DNA of 64,000 nt from Terracidiphilus sp. (GTDB lineage: Bacteria; Acidobacteriota; Terriglobia; Terriglobales; Acidobacteriaceae). Under the pieces are notes generated by a model. The model saw only the letters and a program-made list of their open reading frames with translations, made no database searches and was not told where the DNA came from. The position numbers and the translations under genes were made by a program. The stretch spans positions 13,508-77,507 of the forward strand of contig JBEKTB010000001.1 of NCBI GenBank assembly GCA_049516495.1. The letters are read 5' to 3'. This document shows, piece after piece, positions 38,702 to 48,043 of the stretch; the stretch's first letter is position 1; each line of letters opens with the position of its first letter.

Positions 38702-38971
38702 AATCCTCCGGAATCTTGGTTTGAGGGTTTGCTCGTCATGCAAGTGGAGTGGATAAAGAAGCCTGACGCAAGGATACGTCCAGAGCAAGAGTCAAGCCAG
38801 GATGCGAGTTGCGCATCCCGAAGCGCGGCTCAGGGACGGTCGCGATCCACGGTGCATCGGGCTGGCTGGATAAAGCCATTCTGCCTTTAACCGGTCGAAG
38901 GCACCCCACACCGCAGGCGATCTGCCTATGGAGCGGGATGCCCTCAACTGGACCTGACAGCTTGATTCTCG

Positions 38972-41356
38972 CTAGGGCTTGACGACTTCCAGCACCGCGC
39001 CGTCGGGGCCTGTCCAGGCGTCCGGTCCCTGGTGAGTGAATGTGCCTGTCGCATCGTCCCAGTGCAAGCGGGTGATTTGGCTGGCTCCCTTTTCGTAGCC
39101 ATAGGTCGTGCCATCGTCGGAGAAGAGCGTGAAGTTTGCATCCGCCCCGGGATAGACACGAACCCGTTCGATAGCTTGCTTTTGACGCGTGTTCTCGACC
39201 GCTGCTCCGAGAGGGATGATGGAGCCGGCCCGTACGAAGAGCGGCAGCGTATCGATGGGCGCGGCCACGGTAACGGTCTGCCCGCCCTTGAAGCGTTCGT
39301 TGGTCCAGAAGTTATACCAATCGGACCCGGCAGGCAGATAGACGGTACGGCTTGTAGCACCTTGCTCGGTAACCGGCGCCACCAGGAAGCCCGGACCGAA
39401 CATGTACTCATCGCGCAGGTCAGCCACCTTGGGGTCGTCAGGGAAGTCCAGCGGAAGAGCGCGCAGGAACGGCGCTCCCGTGAGCCAAGTCTGATAACCG
39501 AGCGAGTAGATGTAGGGCATGAGCCGATAGCGCAGGCGAAGATACTTCTCCAGGATCGGCTCCGCCTGGCTGCCGTAGGACCAGACTTCGTTGGCCGGCC
39601 GGCTGCCATGGGAGCGGAAGATTGGCAGAAACGCGGCGTACTGGAACCAGCGCGTATAGAGCTCCGGATAATCGTCATAGCCGCCCACATTTTGCCGGGC
39701 GTCCGACGGGTCCAGCAGCGGAGGGTGTGCCGGATGATGCTCCTCGGGCAGGTATTGCCAGCCGCCCGTGTCGTTTGACCAGTAAGTCATCCCCGAAGCT
39801 GCAAAGTCCAGTCCGGTGGGAATCTGCCGCCGGAACGTATCCCAGGTGGGCGCAATGTCCGAGGACCAGAAAATGGTTCCATTGCGCTGTGCTCCCAGGT
39901 AAGCGTCGCGAGAGAGGATCAGCGCCCGCTTTTCGGGTTCATCCTTGCGGTAGCCGTCATAGAGCGCGGCGGTATGCAGGAGCGGGTAGACGTTGAAGAA
40001 CTGCGTGCCCGGCCCAACATGGAAGTATGCGCCACTGGGAGGCAGATCGGGCTCGGTCTCATCGGCCCACAGCGAGTCGAAACCCTGGCTCAGGATATCT
40101 TTCCGAATCGTCTTCCAGTACCAGCGGGCCGCGTCGGGGTTGGTGGTGTCGATGTCGGACCCCGCCCGGTCGTACGGCAACCCGTCGATCGGCGTGCCGT
40201 CCGCCTTTTGAATCAGCCAGCCCTTCTGGAGCAACTCAGCATAGTATCGGCTTTCGGGCACAAACCTCGGCCAGACGCTGATCATGGATTCAAAGCCCAT
40301 CGCGTGCAGCTTCTGGTTCATCGCTGCCGGATCGGGCCAGGCCTTGGCATCGAAATCGAACTCTCCCATCTTGGTGTAGTAGAACCAGTCCACCACCATC
40401 ACATCCGCGGGCAAATGGCGATCGCGATAACCCTTTGCGGCATCCAGAAGTTCTTCCTGGCTCGCGTAGCGCTGTTTGCACTGGATATAGCCATAGGCGG
40501 CCTTGGGCAAAAGGGGCGTGGCTCCGGTCAGCAGTTTGTAGCCGGCATAGATTTCATCGGCTGTCTCTCCGGCAATCACGAAAAATGAAACCCGGTCCCC
40601 GGCCTGCGAAGTCCACTTGGTCTGCTCGTTGAATCCCGGCTCGATGGTCGTCTTGGAGGGGTTGTCCCACACCAGCCCATAGCCCTTGTTCGTCACCACA
40701 AACGGCACACACACGCTGGGCCCGGCCGGCGCGTTGTAATCGTGCCAACAGTGGACCACGTGACCGCGATGATCGAGAAAGCCTTCCTGGTTCTGGCCAA
40801 GGCCGTAATAGTGCTCGTCGTCCGGGGAAACAAAAGTCGCCCCTACAACAAAGGACTCAGGCTCCGTGCTGCGGCGGTCGCGCGCCAGTTCCGCGGTGCC
40901 GTCCTTCTGATTGGGCACGGACTGCGACCAGCCGTTCATTTCCAGCAGTTTCTTGCCCGCCGGAGTGCGCAGCGTGATATGCGCGTTGGGAGCCGAACCG
41001 CTGAAGTACTTGCCAATGTCCAATTGAGATTGGAGCGGGGAATGGCTCGGCGGTAGATCCTTGTCTACCGTTGCCACGATCCGTTCCGACCGATAGATGT
41101 CCGCTTGCGGAGTGTGGCTCGCAGCCCATCCGGCCGTCGCGGGCGTGGCAACAAATCCATAGCCGGGAGCACCCTGCGCCGTCTTCGCCTTCAGGCTGAT
41201 CGTTACCCGCAGAATGTTCGGTGCATAGGGCTCCAGAACAATCGTCTCGCCGTCGCGGTCGAGTTTGAGGTGCGTACTGGCAGATTGCGCCGGGGCATGG
41301 AGGCTGGCAGACACAATCCCCGCAAGGAGCGGGATGAGAATCGAAAACCTTCGCAT
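38972..41356 (-). CDS. GH31 alpha-glucosidase/alpha-xylosidase
   Basis: Signal peptide MRRFSILIPLLAGIVSASLHAPAQ. GH31 blocks are present: PADVMVVDWFYY, MISVWP, SLWADETEP (equivalent of the WxDMNEP nucleophile region), FWSSDI, and a C-terminal beta-sandwich. The ATG at 41356 follows GGAG. Confidence 0.85.
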   Translation of the reverse strand: MRRFSILIPLLAGIVSASLHAPAQSASTHLKLDRDGETIVLEPYAPNILRVTISLKAKTAQGAPGYGFVATPATAGWAASHTPQADIYRSERIVATVDKDLPPSHSPLQSQLDIGKYFSGSAPNAHITLRTPAGKKLLEMNGWSQSVPNQKDGTAELARDRRSTEPESFVVGATFVSPDDEHYYGLGQNQEGFLDHRGHVVHCWHDYNAPAGPSVCVPFVVTNKGYGLVWDNPSKTTIEPGFNEQTKWTSQAGDRVSFFVIAGETADEIYAGYKLLTGATPLLPKAAYGYIQCKQRYASQEELLDAAKGYRDRHLPADVMVVDWFYYTKMGEFDFDAKAWPDPAAMNQKLHAMGFESMISVWPRFVPESRYYAELLQKGWLIQKADGTPIDGLPYDRAGSDIDTTNPDAARWYWKTIRKDILSQGFDSLWADETEPDLPPSGAYFHVGPGTQFFNVYPLLHTAALYDGYRKDEPEKRALILSRDAYLGAQRNGTIFWSSDIAPTWDTFRRQIPTGLDFAASGMTYWSNDTGGWQYLPEEHHPAHPPLLDPSDARQNVGGYDDYPELYTRWFQYAAFLPIFRSHGSRPANEVWSYGSQAEPILEKYLRLRYRLMPYIYSLGYQTWLTGAPFLRALPLDFPDDPKVADLRDEYMFGPGFLVAPVTEQGATSRTVYLPAGSDWYNFWTNERFKGGQTVTVAAPIDTLPLFVRAGSIIPLGAAVENTRQKQAIERVRVYPGADANFTLFSDDGTTYGYEKGASQITRLHWDDATGTFTHQGPDAWTGPDGAVLEVVKP

Positions 41357-41673
41357 GAAAAACTCCGAAGAAACAGCGAGTGCGGGGCAACAGGCCACGC
41401 GCATGAGAGGGAACAGATCAGTTGGGGTAGTTACCCCGGACCATCCGCCTCAGACCTCGCCCAGGCTCCACTGCGCATACTTTCATATGCTGGAGTCCAA
41501 AAGGAGAGCCGCGCAAACCATGGCATACACGGCTCAGTTATAAAGATACATTCCCATAAAGACGAATGCGAGAGTAGGACGTCATACCGGTCACTTCTGA
41601 CGATTCCTGCGTTTGAGATGGAACTGGCCCGGGGGCGAATCGCGCCGGCGGACCAGTTTCCATTGCAGTTACA

Positions 41674-41782
41674 GCAGAACCAGAGTTGGTGCATCCCGAA
41701 AGAAGTGCAACCAGGTCGACGCGACCATCAGCCAGCGGCGACCGCGCAATCACTGAACAGGACACATGCACTCTGGTTCTGC
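41674..41782 (-). repeat. long-range inverted repeat (13 bp perfect + 4 bp) immediately 3' of the TonB-dependent receptor stop codon
   Basis: GCAGAACCAGAGT-tggt-GCAT (41674-41694) is complementary to ATGCACTCTGGTTCTGC (41766-41782), with a 71-nt loop. The second arm ends 1 nt from the receptor stop codon (41784-41786). Confidence 0.6.
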
Positions 41783-41783
41783 T

Positions 41784-44700
41784 CTAGAAGTTGTACTTGA
41801 CGGAAAGCTCACCCAGGCGGCGGCCGGACTTTTGGTCCAGCGTGCCCTGCGTAAGTCCGCTCGCGGCAAGCGGCGCAACCATGGTTGAGGTGAAGTTTGC
41901 CTTGTTGGTGGTGGTGAACGTGGGTGTGATGATCGAGCTTGTGCTGTACTCCCACAGAGGATGGTTGAGGAAGTTGAAGGCAGCGGCCTTGAATTCAACG
42001 CTGTGCCTTTCACCTATGTGGAAAGTCTTGAAGAGGGTGAGGTCAGAGTTGAAGTAGCTGGGTCCGCCAAGGTACCCGATCTGGCGTTGACCGTAAACGC
42101 CAAGCGCTGGCGGAGCCAGGCAGAGCATATTGACCAGCTGGTGCGATCCTAATCCGCTCTTTGGATTGCAGGTCGTGATCGGCTGAATGTCCCCCGTGTT
42201 GGTTCCGTAATAGGACAGGGTTGTCACATTGTTGTTTGTAGCGCTGTCGTTGATCGTCATGCCCATGTTCTGGGCAAAGTTGGCCTGGAGATTTCCGCCT
42301 GCCTGCCAGGTGGTCACGCCGGTCACGGTCCAACCGTTGGCCGCACCGCCCACAATCTTGTAGTTGCCCTTGTAGAGCTGACCCAGGGAGTAGGCATAGG
42401 AAGTGGTGATCACCTGCGGGCGATCAATGGAGAGCACGCCGTAGTTGCCATGCACGGTGAATGCATCCACGCTGTTGTTGAGGATGCCCAGCGACTTCGA
42501 ATAGGTGTAGTTGAGGTTGAAGCTGAGTCTTCCCGTCTGCTTGGTCCAGGCAGCCTGAATGCCGTTGTAGTTCGAGTACCCGTTGTGGGTATTCATGGTG
42601 ATGGAGTTCTGGCCGTAGCCCGCCTGGTAGGGATAGTAGTCGGTCAGGTTATAGGTGCTCTGGTTGTCCGGATCGGTCGGAGCTGCGGCGCCGGTCACAG
42701 GATCTTTTTTGAAAACGCCGCCCACAGCGATCTTGTTCTGGTTGGAATAGCCGCTGCTGCCGCCGCCAATGGCCGCGCCGGAGTTCTGGCCGCCCATCAG
42801 CAGGTTCTCTGTCTGGTTGCCGACATAGGCGACTTCGAGCAAGGTCCTCCAGGGCATCTGCTGCGAAATCGTGAAGTTGTAGGCATACGTGGCTGCATCC
42901 TGACGGTCGTTGGGATCAGCAACGTTGACCGCGGAGGCCTCGGTTGCCTGCTTGGCAAGAATGTTTGCTTCCGCTCCGATTTCGGCGAAAGTTACGTTGC
43001 CGGAGGGAGTGCTGTAGCTCTTCATCGATGCCGCGGTCGTGACCGGCCCGGCATAGTCGTTGTACTGGTCGTTCCAGCGATACTCGCCCCAGCCGCCGCG
43101 CAGAACGGTATTGCCCTTGCCGAAGATGTCGTAGGCAAAGCCCAGGCGCGGAGAAGTAAAGACCGCCTGAACCGGTGATCCGCTGTTGGGAATCCCGGGC
43201 TCGATGCCGTGCCAGGAAACGCCCGGATAGCTCTTGCCCTCAGTCACATCGCTCAGGTAGCGGCCAGGGATCCATACGGCGAGTCCCTCTCCGGCGCGAT
43301 CATACCAGCGGCCCAGGTGATCAAAGCGGAGACCGATATTCGCCGTAAAGCGGGGAGTCAGCTTCCAATCGTCCATGGCAAAGGCCGAAGTGGTGCGATA
43401 GGCCATATTGCTCAGTGGATCGGAACTGGTCTGGCTGAAAGCGGCCTCACCTTTGGTGGGGTTGTTGCCTGCAATACCCATCACCAGGTTCGCGGTCGGG
43501 TTGTTGGTGCCGATGAGGGTTCCGTGGTTGAAGGGATCGGCCTGGATCGCCGAGTTGAAGGCGAACTCGCCGTTCAGATTTTCGTAGCTTCCCTGGTAGT
43601 TGTTCACCAGTTCTGTGAAAGCGCCGAACTTGAAGGTGTGCGTCTTGTAGACCTTGGTGACGTTGTCAGAGAACGACGGGGTGGCTTTCTTTTCAGGATA
43701 GGCGCCGTTCGAGGCGCTCCACACGTCCGCTTGCGCCATCTCCGGGAAGGTCTGCGAACCCGGGCTGAAAATGCCCGGCGCAACCAGCGAGGAGTTGAAG
43801 ACGGTTCCATAAGAATAGCCAATCGCCGAGCTGTACGATGCCTTGATATTGGTGGGAACGGTCGGGCTGTTCACCCAACCCCAGGCGCCAATGAACTCGT
43901 TGGTCAAGGTGGGAGTAAGGATCGACAGCAGGTTTCCGGTCAGAACCCTGGACGTGGTGACATTGTTCAACTGTCCGCCCGGGAAAGGGACGCCGTTGGT
44001 AGGAGTGCTCCACAGATGAGCCGGGGCCGGCGATGATGAGCTGCCCTGCTGGAAGGCCACAAAAGCCTTGGTGTTCTCGCTCAGGTTGTAGTCGACACGG
44101 AAGCGGTAGATGTACACGTTGCTCAACCCGCCCATTGCCTTGTAATAGTTGTAGCCGCTGTTGGTGGCGGGGTTCACGTTGGCCGCAGGGAACAGGGACA
44201 TGAGCGCCTTGGCGCCGGGATCGACGGGAATCGAGCTGGGATTGGTGATGGGTGCGCCGGTCGAATCGTAGCCGCCGGAGAGGTCGTTGCACCAGTTGGT
44301 CGCTGTGGGGCTAAAGCCGCCGGGGCACAGTGCGGCATTGGAGTCCAGGTTCGAGGTGTCTGTGGTGTTGTTCAGCGAGAAGTTGCCGTTGCGCATATCC
44401 GCGCCCGGCACATAGGACTTCAGAATGGTGGAGCCGCCCGGGTTCTGATACTGATACTCGTACCCGCCCCAGAAGAGCAACTTGTTGTTCTTGTTGAAAT
44501 CGGAATGCGGAAGGCGAACCGGGCCGCCGAAGTTGCCGCCGGGATAGTAGTAGGCGTCCTGGGTCCGAGGCGAACCGGCATGGTTGTTCTGCCAGTAGTT
44601 GCTGTTCAGCACGCCATTGCGCGTATACATGTAGGCTTGGCCGTGGTAGCTGGAGCCGCCCGCCTTGCTGATGGAGTTCATGATGACCGGTCCGTCGGCA

Positions 44701-45485
44701 CTGTCGGCGCCGAAGTTGGCGGTCTGAATCTTGACTTCCTCGGTCATGTCAGGGTTGATTGTCGCGATCGACCAGCAGTTGCAACCCGGATCGATGATGT
44801 TGGCGCCGTCGAGGATGTAGGCCGTGCCGCCCCGGTAAGGAGCTCCGTTGGGAGAAAGACCGACGCCGATCGTGCTGCCGGTCGCGCCTACCGTGGTCAG
44901 GAAGTCGAACTGGGTGCCGTTTCCGATACCGTTTGCAACGGTGGTGACACCGGGCAGGACCTTGAAGAGCTCGGAAAGGTTGCGGCTTTCCACCGACAGG
45001 CGGGAAATGTCGTGCTCGGAGAGGAGCGCGGAGCGCTCGCCGTTGTCGGTGGGCACGATTTCCAGAGAACCGGACTCGACCACCACACTTTCACTGGCGG
45101 AGCCGATCTCCATTTTGATTCCAGCGATGTTGCGCGAGTCGCCGGCACTGAGCGTCAGGTCGGCCTGCTTCCAGGATTTGAATCCCTTGGCTTCGACGGC
45201 GACTGAATAGTCGCCCGGAATGACACCGGCGAAAGTGAAGACGCCGTGGTCATTGCTGACTGTTTTGCGGTTGTCGGCGGTGGTTTGATTGTGCAGGACG
45301 ACGGTTGCGCCGCTGATAATCGCTCCGCTCTGGTCCTGAACTGTGCCGGAAAAACTTCCTGTAGTCAGTTGTGCCTGTAGGCTCAGTGAGCCAAACAAAA
45401 GGCAGAACACGGATACAACCGGGATCCAGACGGCCATGGCCATCGAGAAACTCTGTGTAACCGTTTTCAAGCGTTGATACGTCAT
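41784..45485 (-). CDS. TonB-dependent receptor with carboxypeptidase-regulatory-like domain (1233 aa)
   Basis: ATG at 45485 preceded by GGAGGA. The leader ends ...LSLQAQ. A CarboxypepD_reg block follows (GSFSGTVQDQSGAIISGATVVLHNQTT...GVFTFAGVIPGDYSVAVEAKGF). The protein ends ...LSVKYNF. Confidence 0.85.
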   Translation of the reverse strand: MTYQRLKTVTQSFSMAMAVWIPVVSVFCLLFGSLSLQAQLTTGSFSGTVQDQSGAIISGATVVLHNQTTADNRKTVSNDHGVFTFAGVIPGDYSVAVEAKGFKSWKQADLTLSAGDSRNIAGIKMEIGSASESVVVESGSLEIVPTDNGERSALLSEHDISRLSVESRNLSELFKVLPGVTTVANGIGNGTQFDFLTTVGATGSTIGVGLSPNGAPYRGGTAYILDGANIIDPGCNCWSIATINPDMTEEVKIQTANFGADSADGPVIMNSISKAGGSSYHGQAYMYTRNGVLNSNYWQNNHAGSPRTQDAYYYPGGNFGGPVRLPHSDFNKNNKLLFWGGYEYQYQNPGGSTILKSYVPGADMRNGNFSLNNTTDTSNLDSNAALCPGGFSPTATNWCNDLSGGYDSTGAPITNPSSIPVDPGAKALMSLFPAANVNPATNSGYNYYKAMGGLSNVYIYRFRVDYNLSENTKAFVAFQQGSSSSPAPAHLWSTPTNGVPFPGGQLNNVTTSRVLTGNLLSILTPTLTNEFIGAWGWVNSPTVPTNIKASYSSAIGYSYGTVFNSSLVAPGIFSPGSQTFPEMAQADVWSASNGAYPEKKATPSFSDNVTKVYKTHTFKFGAFTELVNNYQGSYENLNGEFAFNSAIQADPFNHGTLIGTNNPTANLVMGIAGNNPTKGEAAFSQTSSDPLSNMAYRTTSAFAMDDWKLTPRFTANIGLRFDHLGRWYDRAGEGLAVWIPGRYLSDVTEGKSYPGVSWHGIEPGIPNSGSPVQAVFTSPRLGFAYDIFGKGNTVLRGGWGEYRWNDQYNDYAGPVTTAASMKSYSTPSGNVTFAEIGAEANILAKQATEASAVNVADPNDRQDAATYAYNFTISQQMPWRTLLEVAYVGNQTENLLMGGQNSGAAIGGGSSGYSNQNKIAVGGVFKKDPVTGAAAPTDPDNQSTYNLTDYYPYQAGYGQNSITMNTHNGYSNYNGIQAAWTKQTGRLSFNLNYTYSKSLGILNNSVDAFTVHGNYGVLSIDRPQVITTSYAYSLGQLYKGNYKIVGGAANGWTVTGVTTWQAGGNLQANFAQNMGMTINDSATNNNVTTLSYYGTNTGDIQPITTCNPKSGLGSHQLVNMLCLAPPALGVYGQRQIGYLGGPSYFNSDLTLFKTFHIGERHSVEFKAAAFNFLNHPLWEYSTSSIITPTFTTTNKANFTSTMVAPLAASGLTQGTLDQKSGRRLGELSVKYNF

Positions 45486-45630
45486 GAGTCCTCCGAAAAT
45501 GTTGGGTGCTCTTATTGGCAAATAATCGTTCCTTGCAAACAGGGCCACCATCTCCACCGATTCATTGGGAGATGCAATTCCCGCTAAAACGATTTAGCTG
45601 GAAACTAAATGCGGGGAGAAGCCCGGGCAA

Positions 45631-45649
45631 GTAAGACACGGTGTCTTAC
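45631..45649. promoter_or_regulatory. 19-bp perfect palindrome GTAAGACAC-G-GTGTCTTAC, candidate operator
   Basis: Read directly. It lies about 145 nt upstream of the receptor start (45485), in the divergent intergenic region. The 1-nt centre makes an RNA hairpin unlikely and a dimeric DNA-binding site more likely. Confidence 0.4.
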
Positions 45650-45912
45650 GTAGGGGAGAGGGGGATTGCAGCGGTTTTTTGCGTATCAGAAGGGGCATTT
45701 GGCCAGGTTTCTTACAGTAAGGAACACGCTTCCAAGAGCTCGGCTCCCGCCTTTTGAGCCCTGAACAGACGCACGCGTCCTCGATGGGCCACCGGTTTAC
45801 TGCGCTAGGTCGCTATTCATAATCCCCGGGAATGCAATCGATTAGGCGACGTTTTTCCTTCGACTCCGAGCTCGTTCCCGGTGTTCGGCCCCGCCTTTTG
45901 CCCGAAGATTTC

Positions 45913-45940
45913 TTGACAACGCTACATCCCTTTGTATCTA
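45913..45940 (+). promoter_or_regulatory. putative sigma70-type promoter for the 46101 gene
   Basis: TTGACA (45913-45918), 16-nt spacer, TATCTA (45935-45940). Sequence match only. Confidence 0.3.
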
Positions 45941-46100
45941 CTTTGATTCGCAGCCCAAGAGCGTAAACTACGTATGGTGTTTTGCCCAATCGTTCGCCCG
46001 CAGGCGTAAAGAGAGCCTGCCTGAAACCGAATTCCATAGACAGCGCAGGGCAATCAGATTGCGTTCCTCCAAGGCCCGGTGGAAGGCAACTGGGGAACCA

Positions 46101-47429
46101 ATGAAATCAGCTGATGTATCACCAGAAGACCATGAAGTTCTTCCCTCGTCGGCAAATGGTAAAGACGAGAAGCGGAGAGCCGTTCTCCTGGAACTCGAGA
46201 AAATCCTGACGAGCCCGTTTTTCCGGAGCGCGGCACGGAGCAAGCAATTTCTCGATTATGTCGTCAAGCATCAGTTGGAGGGACATCCGGAGCTACTGAA
46301 AGAACGCACCATAGGAACCGAAGTTTTCCTTCGCCCAGCGGGCTACGCAACCGGCGATGACCCGGTTGTTCGCGTCCAGGCCGGCGAAGTGCGCCGCCGC
46401 CTCGAGCAGTACTACCAGGCCGGCCCCAGCGACAGCAAAGTTCGCATCGAGCTTCCGGTCGGCTCCTATTCTCCGGCTTTCCATTGGGCCTCCGCCGCAC
46501 CGGCGATAGAGGCTCCGCACTCCCATCCGCCCTTGCCCTCACCGGAGCCCGAGCCGCAACCCCGCAGCGGTTCCCATCGCGCGAAGTGGTGGACGATTGG
46601 CGTGGCCTGTTGCGTGCTGGCGCTTGCCGCTGGAGCCGCCTTTCTGGTCATGCACCGGACTGCACAACAAAAGTCGGTCATCGAGCAATTCTGGAGCCCG
46701 GTTTTTGCCACCCAACAGCCGGTCCTGATCTGCCTGTCAAAACCGGTGGTCTACAGACCGACGCAGGAGATCTATCAACGCTATACACGCACCCACCCCA
46801 ACACCTTTCAGACCGAGGTGGAGAGGACCAATCAGCCGCTTCCCCTGAATCCGGATGAAAACATCCCCTGGGGGGAGCTGTACATTCCATCCGATTATGG
46901 AGTGGCTTTGGGCGATGCGTATGCAGCCGTCAGCCTCTCCGCGCAGTTGGGCAAGATTGGCAAACTCGCCCAGGTGCGGATCGGTACCAACTATTCTTTC
47001 GAGGATCTGCGCAACTCTCCCGCGGTAGTGGTGGGCGCTTTCAATAACAAGTGGACCATGCAGCTTACATCGAACCTGCATTTTGCCTTTGTTGAAGAGC
47101 ATGAGGAGTTCATGATCCGGGAAGAATCCGGACAGCGTCGCATCTGGGAGACCCGCAAAGGCCCGCGGGGCGAGACAATCGAGGATTTTGCCCTGGTCAG
47201 CCGATTGCTGGACTCGAAGACCGGGCAGTTCACGATTACCGTGGCGGGCATCGGCGGCGCTGGCACTCAGGCGGCGGGCGAATTTGTGTCCAATCCCGCA
47301 TATCTCGAGGAAGGACTCCGGAATGCCCCCTCCGGCTGGCAGACGAAGAATCTGGAAGTTGTGCTGGAGACGACTGTAACCGACACCGTCGCCGGCCCCC
47401 CGCACGCCGTAGCCGCATATTATTGGTAG
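46101..47429 (+). CDS. hypothetical single-pass membrane protein (cytoplasmic N-domain, periplasmic C-domain)
   Basis: The N-terminal module is LEKILTSPFFRSAARSKQFLDYVVKHQLEGHPELLKERTIGTEVFLRPAGYATGDDPVVRVQAGEVRRRLEQYY. One TM segment follows (WWTIGVACCVLALAAGAAFLVM), then an about 250-aa C-terminal domain I do not recognise. Confidence 0.55.
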   Translation: MKSADVSPEDHEVLPSSANGKDEKRRAVLLELEKILTSPFFRSAARSKQFLDYVVKHQLEGHPELLKERTIGTEVFLRPAGYATGDDPVVRVQAGEVRRRLEQYYQAGPSDSKVRIELPVGSYSPAFHWASAAPAIEAPHSHPPLPSPEPEPQPRSGSHRAKWWTIGVACCVLALAAGAAFLVMHRTAQQKSVIEQFWSPVFATQQPVLICLSKPVVYRPTQEIYQRYTRTHPNTFQTEVERTNQPLPLNPDENIPWGELYIPSDYGVALGDAYAAVSLSAQLGKIGKLAQVRIGTNYSFEDLRNSPAVVVGAFNNKWTMQLTSNLHFAFVEEHEEFMIREESGQRRIWETRKGPRGETIEDFALVSRLLDSKTGQFTITVAGIGGAGTQAAGEFVSNPAYLEEGLRNAPSGWQTKNLEVVLETTVTDTVAGPPHAVAAYYW

Positions 47430-47522
47430 TTTGCCGCGCGGGCTTCCACACGGACAGTTTTGCCTATCTTCCCTGACCACCACCAGAAGAGATGTTGTAC
47501 ACTTCTGCGCACTGGAGGTCCC

Positions 47523-47939
47523 ATGTCCGAAGAAAACAAGAGCCTTGCCCGGCGGTGGTATGAGGAAGTTTGGAACCGGGGCAGTGAATCGGCGATTCGA
47601 GAGATGTACCATCCTGACGGTAAATCCTTTGGCTTCCCTGAGTCGGATTCTGTCATTAAGGGCCCGCAGGAATTTGCGGCCGTTTGTCGCAAGTTCCACG
47701 AAGCCTTTCCTGACCTTCATGTGATTCTGGACAACCTCGTCGCAGAGGGAGACAAAGTCGCGGTCTTCTGGACCGCCACGATGACTCACCTCGGCGATGG
47801 TCTCGGGTTTCCCGCCTCTTCCAGGAAGGTCACAATCCAGGGTTCTTCACTGCTTCGCTGCCGGGACGGCCAGATTCTCGAAGGCCGGAACCACCTGGAT
47901 TTCACCAGACTCATATTGCATTTACAAGGCAAGGGATAG
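47523..47939 (+). CDS. SnoaL-like/ester cyclase family protein
   Basis: ATG at 47523 preceded by GGAGG. NKSLARRWYEEVWNRGSESAIREMYHPD...FPDLHVILDNLVAEGDKVAVFWTATMTH.G is the typical ester-cyclase (NTF2-like) pattern. Confidence 0.7.
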   Translation: MSEENKSLARRWYEEVWNRGSESAIREMYHPDGKSFGFPESDSVIKGPQEFAAVCRKFHEAFPDLHVILDNLVAEGDKVAVFWTATMTHLGDGLGFPASSRKVTIQGSSLLRCRDGQILEGRNHLDFTRLILHLQGKG

Positions 47940-48043
47940 CGAGGTCCTGTGCTGCAGTAGCTATAGCACTGCAAAGCCGAAGCGATTCTCGCCCGAGTTA
48001 GGTAGAGGCCACTGCTGCCGCATAGCAGGAACCCGCGCCGGAT

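Noticed and set aside
37343-38890. 515-aa plus-strand ORF
   Set aside because: It is antisense to the tandem SGNH esterase gene (two clear GDS blocks on the minus strand).
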